DNA of 64,000 nucleotides from an uncultured Gemmatimonadales bacterium (GTDB taxonomy: Bacteria > Gemmatimonadota > Gemmatimonadetes > Gemmatimonadales > GWC2-71-9). The first letter of the stretch is position 1. Each line of letters begins with the position of its first letter. Where the stretch lies: contig CAVWJI010000004.1 of the NCBI GenBank assembly GCA_963755425.1, positions 61,621 through 125,620 of the forward strand. The letters run 5' to 3'. This document shows, in pieces, positions 54,186 through 61,738 of this stretch. A model generated the notes under the pieces. It was not told the origin of the DNA. It searched no databases and saw nothing but the letters and a program-made list of their open reading frames with translations. The translations under genes and the position numbers were made by a program.

Positions 54186-54440
54186 GTGCGGGCGCTCGCC
54201 GCTCTCGGTACGGTCGTCGCTCTCGCTGTCATCCTAGACGGGTCCCAGCCGGTTAGCGCGACGCAGGGCGCGTATTGTCAAGACTCGGACTCAGGTCACG
54301 CGTGCGTCACGACGGGCGAGTTTGTGCAAGGCGAATACTGCGACGCTGGCTCTTGCACCACCTGCCACATCATAACGGGTTACCGATGCGATCCGTTCGG
54401 GAGCGGCATTGACGTTGAAGATTGGGCGATGGGCTATTGA
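54186..54440 (+). CDS. Secreted cysteine-rich peptide precursor (signal peptide + ~59-aa mature part with 6 Cys)
   Basis: ALAALGTVVALAVILDGSQPVSA|TQGAYCQDSDSGHACVTTGEFVQGEYCDAGSCTTCHIITGYRCDPFGSGIDVEDWAMGY. The GTG at 54186 follows AAGGAG. The true start may be the ATG at 54164 (see findings). Confidence 0.6.
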   Translation: MRALAALGTVVALAVILDGSQPVSATQGAYCQDSDSGHACVTTGEFVQGEYCDAGSCTTCHIITGYRCDPFGSGIDVEDWAMGY

Positions 54441-54495
54441 CCGTCGCGCATTGACGGCGGTGCCCCGTACAGACGTTGCAGGCATGGGCCACTGC

Positions 54496-55578
54496 ATGTC
54501 GCGCGCTGTGTGGCTAGGGTTGACGGTGGCGGCGGCATGCGGGCGGCCTCATGGTGTGGAGCGTGCTGGATCGGTGCCGGACCCCACGGATCGTGAACCG
54601 CGGCTGGTTGAGTACCGGGTTCCGGTCGAGTCCCTCGTGGGTACCGCCATCATCGCCGATCCGGTGATCGGCCGCCCGTCGAATCTGGCGATCAGCGGGA
54701 GTCAACTTTGGATATCCGATCGATCGGGTAACCCGTTCCTCCATGTCGCCTACCTCGATTCGGCGGCGCTGTCATACTCGGAGGGTAGGGCCGGCGAGGG
54801 TCCGGGAGACTTTCATGTCGTGTCTAGCCTGAGCAAGCGTCCGGGCGACGATCGCGGGGTATGGGCGTTCGATGAGGAATTGCGCCGGATGACCCGGTTG
54901 ACCGCTGATTCCGTGGGAGTTGCCACCAGGGAACTCGGAACTCCATCCGGCCGAATCGTCTTCGATATGCAATGGCTCGTGAAGGACCGTCTGATCGCCG
55001 TCGGCGACCTGGACACCAACCGGTTCATCATCGGCGACACGGCCGGTCGTACCGTGAGGATCATACCGGGGCACCTACTCGGTCCCGATTCCGTCGGCGT
55101 TGAAGCGCGGCGGGCGCTATCCACTGGTGTTCTGCTTTGCACGGCGCCGGCGAGCGGGCGATTCGCCGTGGTATACGTCGGGGCGGGCCGAGTCGAGCTT
55201 CACGACTCGACGGGCGGGCTGATCGCGCTCGCCGATGTCCCGTTTCGGAGCGACGGGGCTTTCTGGCGCGCCCGGTCGGGGCGGTGGGAAATGCGGACGC
55301 CGTGGCGCTTCTACGCCGGCTGTGCCTTCGGCACCAAGTTTCTCTACGCCTTGTTTGCCGGAACACGAACCGACATTCCAGGGTCGGGTATTGCGGTCGA
55401 GGCGCAATATGTTCACGTGTTCGACCGAGACGGTGCTCTGGAGGCCGTGTTACGGCTCGATTTGCCCATGAGTGCGCTCGTGGTAAGCGGCGACACCGTG
55501 CTGTACGCTGCGGGGAGCGATGATGCGAGGGTTTATCGATTCAGGTTGCCGGCGATTCCCGACCGTGCGTCCCGATGA
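54496..55578 (+). CDS. Lipoprotein, predicted 6-bladed (TolB/NHL-like) beta-propeller
   Basis: MSRAVWLGLTVAAAC lipobox-like signal, a GEGPGDF motif and repeated beta-strand-rich blades. The stop overlaps the next start (ATGA). Confidence 0.6.
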   Translation: MSRAVWLGLTVAAACGRPHGVERAGSVPDPTDREPRLVEYRVPVESLVGTAIIADPVIGRPSNLAISGSQLWISDRSGNPFLHVAYLDSAALSYSEGRAGEGPGDFHVVSSLSKRPGDDRGVWAFDEELRRMTRLTADSVGVATRELGTPSGRIVFDMQWLVKDRLIAVGDLDTNRFIIGDTAGRTVRIIPGHLLGPDSVGVEARRALSTGVLLCTAPASGRFAVVYVGAGRVELHDSTGGLIALADVPFRSDGAFWRARSGRWEMRTPWRFYAGCAFGTKFLYALFAGTRTDIPGSGIAVEAQYVHVFDRDGALEAVLRLDLPMSALVVSGDTVLYAAGSDDARVYRFRLPAIPDRASR

Positions 55579-56291
55579 GCATCCGGACCCGGCCGATGAA
55601 ACGTATTCTCGACGGCACGACAGTCGCGCTCTGCCTGGTCGCCGTAGGGCTGGGAGCTATCGCAATTCGTGGGAAGGTCGCTACTCAAGGTACGTCCCGT
55701 CCGGGAAGCAGCGCGGTGCGGCCATCGAGCGCGGCCGTCGGTTCGCTCGACGATGAGGCCTTCAACAGGCTTGCCTCCATCGGCGACCGGATCGGCCCGG
55801 CTGACGCTCCGGTGACGATCGTCGTGTACTCCGACTACTCCTGCGGCCATTGCATGGAGTTCGAACCGGCGCTGGAAGAGCTGCTGACCCGATTTCCACA
55901 GCACGTCGCGATAGTCATGAAGCCATACCTGCCTGTCGTATCACCGATCCCGCTCGTCAACTATCTGGCGGCGGAATGCGCTGCGGAACAGGGGCGCTTT
56001 GCGCCATTCAACCGCGGTCTCTTCCGTGCCGCGCAGGGCGGTCTGGGATTTGATTCGTGGCGGCGTGTGGCTGATTCCATCCGCATGCCGCATTTCGACC
56101 GGTTTCTGTTCTGCGTTCGATCTCGGCACTACCTGGGTCGGGTGAGAAGTGAGACCGAGGAAGGAATGCGGCTCGGGGTGACCGGAACACCGGTCTCATT
56201 CGTCAACGGAATTCGAGTTGTCGGCGCCGTACCCTTCGTCGTTCTCGATTCGATCGTCGCGTCCTTCCTGAATCGCGAGCACCGCAGGTGA
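55575..56291 (+). CDS. Membrane-anchored DsbA/Thioredoxin_4-like thiol:disulfide oxidoreductase with CGHC active site
   Basis: N-terminal TM segment (TTVALCLVAVGLGAIAI), then VTIVVYSDYSCGHCMEFEP..AAECAAEQGRF..GVTGTPVSFVNG, which is the DsbA-family layout. Confidence 0.75.
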   Translation: MSIRTRPMKRILDGTTVALCLVAVGLGAIAIRGKVATQGTSRPGSSAVRPSSAAVGSLDDEAFNRLASIGDRIGPADAPVTIVVYSDYSCGHCMEFEPALEELLTRFPQHVAIVMKPYLPVVSPIPLVNYLAAECAAEQGRFAPFNRGLFRAAQGGLGFDSWRRVADSIRMPHFDRFLFCVRSRHYLGRVRSETEEGMRLGVTGTPVSFVNGIRVVGAVPFVVLDSIVASFLNREHRR

Positions 56292-57526
56292 TGACGTCGC
56301 ACTCACTGGCTACACATCAGTGGTTGCACGCAGTTCTCATTGCAGCCGCGCTCTATCGGCCCGATCTCGCAGCCCAGTCACCCATGGTCCGCGACAGCGA
56401 CGGCGTGCGCATCGTCGAATACCCGTCGTCCGGTCTGCCGCGTTCGCCGCCGTTCACCATCGCCGCCGCCCCTGTCGTGACGATCGGTGATGGCACGACG
56501 AACTCTGTTGATCTCGGCGATGTTCGTGGTGCCGTGCGCTTCCGGGACGGCACGCTCCTCATTGCGGACGGCGAACATTGCCACGTCGATCTCGTTGATA
56601 CCGCCGGCCGGCTCCGCGCTCGGATTGGCTCCAGAGGGCTTGGCACCGAACCAGGGGAATTCAATGGCATCCTGAGTGTATTTCCTCTTCCCGGGGACCT
56701 CGCCGGCGTATGGGATGGCGGCAACCACGAGCTTTCCGTGTTCGATCGGGCCGGCCGGATTGTTCGGTGGCGACGATTCGCCGCGCCACCATATCAGGCA
56801 ATTCCGGGTCAGACCGGGCGGCTGCGACTGATTCGCGCCGTTGAGGGCGCCTTCGACGATGGCACCATGCTGGCCTGGACTTGGTTGCCGTACACAAATG
56901 CCGGGTATACTCACGTATATACCGACTCGGCAACGGTCGAGGCCATTCCTTCACACGGCGCGCCGCGTACGCTGCGCACGGTGGTGCTGGCCGACAATTT
57001 CGTCAGCCGACGTGGGCGCGGCGCGGATGGCGCGTTGCCATTCGGCCGGGTCGGTTGTCTGGCCATCGATCATGCCGCATGGTATTACACTGATGGGAGC
57101 GGCGAAGTCAGGCAGTACGCGTCCGGCGGTCGCCTGCTCGGAATCATCCGATTCGACGAACCGGCGGCCGCCGTGACGCCCTCGGATATCGCCGCGTATC
57201 GAGAGCGTCACCTCTCTCGTCTCGATCCCCGCCTGCGGCAGGCGTATCGCGCGGCGCTCGATTCGTTGCGATATCCCGCTACCAGGCCGCGGTACACGGC
57301 TCTCCGAATGGACCACACCGGAGATCTCTGGGCCCGGCGTTTCAGTTTTGACGGCGATCCGGCGATCTGGGACGTCTTTACCGCAGCGGGCGGATACCTC
57401 GGCAGCGCGACAGTGCCGCCGGATCAGGACGTGCTTGACATCAGCAGCGACTACGTCGTCGCGATGCATGTGGATACCCTCGGCAACGAAAGCCTGCGGG
57501 AGTACCGTATCCAGCGTCCCCGCTGA
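56288..57526 (+). CDS. Secreted predicted 6-bladed beta-propeller protein (paralogous class to 54496..55578)
   Basis: Signal peptide ..AALYRPDLAAQ, a GTEPGEF motif, and a GTGATGA start/stop overlap with the oxidoreductase gene. Confidence 0.6.
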   Translation: MMTSHSLATHQWLHAVLIAAALYRPDLAAQSPMVRDSDGVRIVEYPSSGLPRSPPFTIAAAPVVTIGDGTTNSVDLGDVRGAVRFRDGTLLIADGEHCHVDLVDTAGRLRARIGSRGLGTEPGEFNGILSVFPLPGDLAGVWDGGNHELSVFDRAGRIVRWRRFAAPPYQAIPGQTGRLRLIRAVEGAFDDGTMLAWTWLPYTNAGYTHVYTDSATVEAIPSHGAPRTLRTVVLADNFVSRRGRGADGALPFGRVGCLAIDHAAWYYTDGSGEVRQYASGGRLLGIIRFDEPAAAVTPSDIAAYRERHLSRLDPRLRQAYRAALDSLRYPATRPRYTALRMDHTGDLWARRFSFDGDPAIWDVFTAAGGYLGSATVPPDQDVLDISSDYVVAMHVDTLGNESLREYRIQRPR

Positions 57527-57544
57527 CTGCGCTGTCGGATCGCC

Positions 57545-57606
57545 GCTACTCCCGCCGCGCCACCACGAACGTCGGCACTGTCGAGCCGCCGCCGGCGGTG
57601 ACATTC
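57545..57606. repeat. Right boundary repeat of islet 1 (the functional 3' end of the ATP-grasp gene)
   Basis: See 52973-53034. Confidence 0.9.
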
Positions 57607-58901
57607 ACCAACGTCGACGTCGAGATCCGGCAGAGGAGGCCGTCGGCGAACCCACCGTGCCAGCAGAACGGCGCGGCATCGACGATCCGTTCGTCGAACA
57701 CCAGGCGGCCGTCGGCCACCGCCGGAAACACCTCCCGGGGCAGCGGGATCCGGCGCTGCACCACGTACGGTGCATCCAACGCCGTGCGCAGCGCCGCTTC
57801 CCACACCGGCTGCTCCACTTCCCAGCCCAGCACGATGCCGGCCCCGCCGTAATCGTCGTTCGGCTTGAGCACCAGCGTGCTCCGGTTCGCCGCGACCCAC
57901 GGCACCAGATCGACCGTGGCGCCATCGGCCGTGGTGTTCCGGTGCTCCACCACCCGGGTCCACGGGATGTGGCGCGCGATTGCCTCGCGCTGCGCGGCGG
58001 AGAACATCGCCGCATTCCGTTCGTCACTCAGCACCGCCAGCGACGCCTTCTTGTGGAGCGGCTTGCATGCGAACGGATTCACCAGGCAGGCATTGCCCTC
58101 GAGCACCGCGCGCACCAGCGGCTGGTCGAGGCCGCCTTCGGCAACGAGCTCATGAATGAGCACTCGTTTGTAGATCAGGTCGATGGCGGTACCATCGGCA
58201 TCGCGGAGCACGCCGTGTTGGTAGCATAGTGCCCCGGGCGTGGTGATGCGGCAGGGAAACCCCATGGCGCCGAAATAGTCCCGGGCAAGCCGGAACTCGG
58301 CCGCCGTCGGCACATCGTCCCAGTCGACGATGGCGATCGACGGCCGCGCCCGCGTGCCCCGGAAGTGATACCAGACATCGAGCAACGTGTTGAGCAGGTG
58401 ATGGCGGGCGGGCAGCGGCTGGACCTGCCAGCGCCGAGTGAACTCCCGCATGGCGGGCAGGGCAAGAAAGAGTTCGGCCAGCACGTCGGTATACGCGGTG
58501 CCGGCTGGCGTTTCGGCGTTGTACTCGGTCACCCACGGCGTGCCGGCGGCGTCGATGAACGTGTCCAGCCGTGAAAGCGGCGCCGAGCTCGACAGTGCTG
58601 GCGCCTGCTCCAACAGCGTGATTTCCCAGTCGGCCAGACGGAACTGCCCCCGGAACGCGGCGTCGTCGAGGGCCCGTTGCCCCGCAACGGCGAAGGCGTC
58701 GAGCAGGGCGTCACTCGTGCCGCAGAGCCGGCGGTATGTCTCCGGGGAAAGGAAGCGCGGCCGGATCACCGTGCAGAGGGGCCGGTCGCCGAAGGTCAGG
58801 CCGCGTTCCTGCTGGCGAGTGGTGAGCCACGCCGCCGATTCCGCGGCGATTTCGTCGTCGAGGCCGTCGTGCCACGCCCGGGCGGCATCACCGGCCATCA
58901 T
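57546..58901 (-). CDS. Circularly permuted type-2 ATP-grasp protein (glutathionylspermidine-synthase-like amidoligase)
   Basis: About 450 aa with ..VTEYNAETPAG..LVLKPNDDYGGAGIVLGWE.., typical of the family. I chose the start at MMAGDAARAW. Confidence 0.75.
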   Translation of the reverse strand: MMAGDAARAWHDGLDDEIAAESAAWLTTRQQERGLTFGDRPLCTVIRPRFLSPETYRRLCGTSDALLDAFAVAGQRALDDAAFRGQFRLADWEITLLEQAPALSSSAPLSRLDTFIDAAGTPWVTEYNAETPAGTAYTDVLAELFLALPAMREFTRRWQVQPLPARHHLLNTLLDVWYHFRGTRARPSIAIVDWDDVPTAAEFRLARDYFGAMGFPCRITTPGALCYQHGVLRDADGTAIDLIYKRVLIHELVAEGGLDQPLVRAVLEGNACLVNPFACKPLHKKASLAVLSDERNAAMFSAAQREAIARHIPWTRVVEHRNTTADGATVDLVPWVAANRSTLVLKPNDDYGGAGIVLGWEVEQPVWEAALRTALDAPYVVQRRIPLPREVFPAVADGRLVFDERIVDAAPFCWHGGFADGLLCRISTSTLVNVTAGGGSTVPTFVVARRE

Positions 58902-58902
58902 G

Positions 58903-59853
58903 TCACCGGGTGCCGCCGAACAGCGCCCGCACCTCGGGCGGCGGCGGGGCGTGAGGCCTGAACGCCCGGGCAATCGCCATGTCGGCCATCTGCTTCACCG
59001 CCCAGTCGAAGTACTTCGGCGTCAGCGAATTGACGTCGAAATCGGGCGCCGGATTCATGAAGTCGATGGCGTAGGGCACGCCGCCACGGATGGCCCATTC
59101 GATGGAATTCATGTCGTAGCCCAATGCCCGCACCAGGGTGCGCGACTTGGTGATGATCTCCTCGCGGAGCGGGCCAGGCAGGAAGTCGTCGGCGTCGTGG
59201 TACTTCTTCTCCCGCGGGTCGTACTTGATGGGGAGAATCTCCTCCCGTCCGATGCAGAGGCACCGCACGAACTCGTCCCAGGCGATGAATTCCTGCACGA
59301 TCATCGTGAGCAGCCCGCTCTGGTCGTAATGGTGGATCAGTTCCTCGAGGGTACGACAGACATAGACATCGCGCCACCCGCCGCCGTGCGCATCCTTGAG
59401 GATGCAGGGCATGCCGACATAATCGGCGACGGCACTCCAGTCGAGGGGATAGACCAGGTTGCGCAGCGACTCGTCGTGCCTGATGCCGGGGACGTACGCC
59501 TTGTTGGGCAGCGCCATGGTCTTCGGCGAAGCGATGCCGTTGGCCTCGGCCAGCGTCGCCTCGAAGAACTTGTCGTCAGCGGTCCACATGAAGGGGTTGT
59601 TGATGACGGTGGTGCCGCGGAGCACGGCGTGCTTGAGCCAGATGCGGTAGAAGGGCACCTCGTGCGAGATGCGGTCGATCACCACGTCGTAGATCAGCCG
59701 CTCGTCGGCGGGCGGCGCGCCAAGACGGACGTACTCGGCCGTGACTCCGGCGTCGCGACGGTTCACCTCTTCGATGAACGCCGGCGGCCAGGACCATTCC
59801 CGGCCCACCAGCAGGCCGATGCGCCGCGCCGGAAAGTGCGTGTTCACGGTCAT
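58903..59853 (-). CDS. ATP-grasp family ligase (RimK/glutathione-synthetase-like)
   Basis: 316 aa with ..PCILKDAHGGGWRDVY..IVQEFI..IDFMNPAPD.. ATP-grasp blocks. Confidence 0.75.
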   Translation of the reverse strand: MTVNTHFPARRIGLLVGREWSWPPAFIEEVNRRDAGVTAEYVRLGAPPADERLIYDVVIDRISHEVPFYRIWLKHAVLRGTTVINNPFMWTADDKFFEATLAEANGIASPKTMALPNKAYVPGIRHDESLRNLVYPLDWSAVADYVGMPCILKDAHGGGWRDVYVCRTLEELIHHYDQSGLLTMIVQEFIAWDEFVRCLCIGREEILPIKYDPREKKYHDADDFLPGPLREEIITKSRTLVRALGYDMNSIEWAIRGGVPYAIDFMNPAPDFDVNSLTPKYFDWAVKQMADMAIARAFRPHAPPPPEVRALFGGTR

Positions 59854-59865
59854 GGGTTCCGTTCC

Positions 59866-60591
59866 TCAGTCGTGTCCACTGATGTACCGCCGCACCATCC
59901 GCTGCCACCACGGCCAGTCGTGCGCCCAGCCGTCCCAGACCCGCAGCGCGTTGCCGATCCCGCGGTCGACCAGCGTCGCGGAGAACTCCTCGTTGTAGCG
60001 GCAGAGCGCGTCGTCGCGCCCCACCGCCAGGATGATGTCCATCTGCCGGAACGCCGCGAGGCGGGCCGGATCGTGCTCGTGCCGCATGAAGTCGGCAGGA
60101 TTGAAGAAGTACACCAGGTCGTCGGAGAAGCCGCCGGTCAGCCGCTTGATGTCGGGCAGGCCGCTCATCGACAGCACGCGACCGACCCGCTCGGGGTGGC
60201 GACAGGCAAACGACAGCGCGTGATAGCCGCCGAACGACGTGCCGGTGAGGATCAGGAAGGGATTGCCGTTGACCGACTCGGTATACGGCAGCACCTCCTG
60301 CAGCAGCGCCAGGTCATAGCGCTGCTGCCATTCGGCGCGCTTGTGGATCGCCACCGATTCGTTGTACCACGAGAGGTCGTCGACGCTGGACACGCAGAAC
60401 AGCTGCAGCAGGCCGGCCTCGAGCTGGTCGCCCAGCGCCGCGCACATGCCGCAGTCCTCCCACTGGCGCCAACTCCCCTGGCTGGTGGGAAAGACGATGG
60501 CGCGAGCGCCGGCGTGGCCGTGCACCGCCAGCTCGACACGACGGCCGTCGAGGGCCGGTGAATCCCACGCGTGATGACTGCGCTGCCACAT
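59866..60591 (-). CDS. Esterase-family alpha/beta hydrolase
   Basis: GTSFGG nucleophile elbow. I chose the start at MWQRSHHAW. Confidence 0.7.
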   Translation of the reverse strand: MWQRSHHAWDSPALDGRRVELAVHGHAGARAIVFPTSQGSWRQWEDCGMCAALGDQLEAGLLQLFCVSSVDDLSWYNESVAIHKRAEWQQRYDLALLQEVLPYTESVNGNPFLILTGTSFGGYHALSFACRHPERVGRVLSMSGLPDIKRLTGGFSDDLVYFFNPADFMRHEHDPARLAAFRQMDIILAVGRDDALCRYNEEFSATLVDRGIGNALRVWDGWAHDWPWWQRMVRRYISGHD

Positions 60592-60635
60592 GCGGGGTCG
60601 TTCCGTTGCGGGAGGGGTGCTGGAAAGTAGCAAAC

Positions 60636-60669
60636 GGCGGGCGGGAAGGCTTGTCACTTCCCGTCCGCC
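60636..60669 (-). terminator. 13-bp-stem hairpin between the DUF2442 gene and the esterase gene
   Basis: ggcgggcgggaag-gcttgtca-cttcccgtccgcc, with one G-U pair. Confidence 0.55.
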
Positions 60670-60717
60670 GATCGTCACACCGGGCCCGCCGGCCCGCCGC
60701 CGCCCGCGTCGTCGCGA

Positions 60718-60999
60718 TCAGCGCCGAGGATACCCCGGGCGTCGTCGCCCGCCCGCCGGCTTCGCGGCGCGCTTCGCTTCTTCGTAGAGCGCCTCCGGCG
60801 CCACGTCCGCTCCGTTGGGCCAACTCACCGTGTCGCCGTCGATCAGGAAGCGGGTGAAATACGTCTTGTCCCTGAGCGGCGCAAAGACCGGCCCCATCCC
60901 CAGGTAGGGATGGAAGTCCACCGTCCCGGCGGTGCCGTCGCGGAAGACCAGGCGGATGCGGTAGCCGCCCCGATACTTCGCATCGACGACGCTGGGCAT
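60718..60999 (-). CDS. DUF2442-domain protein
   Basis: MPSVVDAKYRGGYRIRLVFRDGTAGTVDF..FLIDGDTVSWPNGADVAPEALY matches DUF2442. Confidence 0.75.
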   Translation of the reverse strand: MPSVVDAKYRGGYRIRLVFRDGTAGTVDFHPYLGMGPVFAPLRDKTYFTRFLIDGDTVSWPNGADVAPEALYEEAKRAAKPAGGRRRPGYPRR

Positions 61000-61007
61000 C
61001 GCCGGGT

Positions 61008-61268
61008 TTATCGGTGCGGCTCGACCCGCCCGAGCGCGTTGCCCCCCCTTGCGTGCTGCCACAGTGCCTCCAGTTCGCCCCGATGAAGTTCGAGCCATTC
61101 GGCGATGCGCCGGCGCGCGGTACCCGACCGGATTTGCCCGGCGATCACCTCTCCAGTCAACGTATACTTGGCAAACTCCCCGCGATACTCGGCATGGACG
61201 TGCGGCGGCGCATGGTCGCCATAGTACATGCGGATGGTAATCCCCCGGAAAGATGCGATAATCGGCAT
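61008..61268 (-). CDS. DUF4160-domain protein
   Basis: MPIIASFRGITIRMYYGDHAPPHVHAEY.. is the DUF4160 signature. It lies 8 nt upstream of the DUF2442 gene. Confidence 0.75.
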   Translation of the reverse strand: MPIIASFRGITIRMYYGDHAPPHVHAEYRGEFAKYTLTGEVIAGQIRSGTARRRIAEWLELHRGELEALWQHARGGNALGRVEPHR

Positions 61269-61368
61269 CGTGGCAATGGATTGCACGATGCCGATTGGCG
61301 GGTCTCGATCCGCCGCAGGGGTGGCCACATTAACGCGAGTTGACTGTTGAAGGCGGTGAAGCGACGAT

Positions 61369-61696
61369 CCTACTCCGCCCGCATCACCTCCACCGGGTCC
61401 ACCCGCAGCGCGCGGCGGGCGGGCACCAATGTCGCGACCGCGGCGGCGAGCAGCAGCAGTACCGGCACTGCCACGAACGTCGCCGGGTCGTGGATGCCGA
61501 CGCCGTAGATCAGCGACGACAGCACCCGTGCCAGCGCCCAGGCGCCGGCCAGCCCCGCCCCGATTCCGATCACCGCCACCAGCGCCATCTCCCGCGACAG
61601 CAACCTCAACAGGTTCGACCCGGACGCGCCGAGGGCCGCGCGAATGCCGAGTTCGCGATGGCGCTGGGTGACGCCATAGCTCACCACTGCGGCGAC
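61369..61696. repeat. Left boundary repeat of islet 2 (orphan copy of the FtsX/ADOP permease 3' end)
   Basis: 328 nt aligning with 63308-63636, with about 15 substitutions and one 1-nt indel by hand alignment. Confidence 0.9.
61370..61687 (-). pseudogene. Orphan C-terminal fragment (last ~105 codons) of an ABC-transporter FtsX-like permease
   Basis: ..RHRELGIRAALGASGSNLLRLLSREMALVAVIGIGAGLAGAW..RRALRVDPVEVMRAE*. There is no upstream permease sequence. Confidence 0.85.
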
Positions 61697-61709
61697 CGGA
61701 GGGTAGTCG

Positions 61710-61738
61710 TTGACAATATCCGTAACACTACGTATGTT
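61710..61738 (+). promoter_or_regulatory. Sigma70-like promoter TTGACA-N17-TATGTT at the islet 2 left edge
   Basis: A perfect -35 hexamer and a 17-nt spacer. Caveat: it overlaps the only ATG/TTG start candidates of the downstream ORF, so either the promoter or the start call is wrong. Confidence 0.35.

Larger units (their letters stand above)
53035..57544. mobile_element. Putative integrated genomic islet 1 (five genes, no recombinase seen)
   Basis: Bracketed by the 62-bp direct repeat. G+C is lower (hand-counted 60-nt samples 55-65%, against about 73% in a kinase sample). The module is self-contained, with a regulator and an operon. Confidence 0.55.

Noticed and set aside
58438-60561. A 707-aa plus-strand ORF spanning three minus-strand genes.
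   Set aside because: It is antisense to the esterase and the two ATP-grasp genes, all of which have clear family motifs. It has no motifs of its own.
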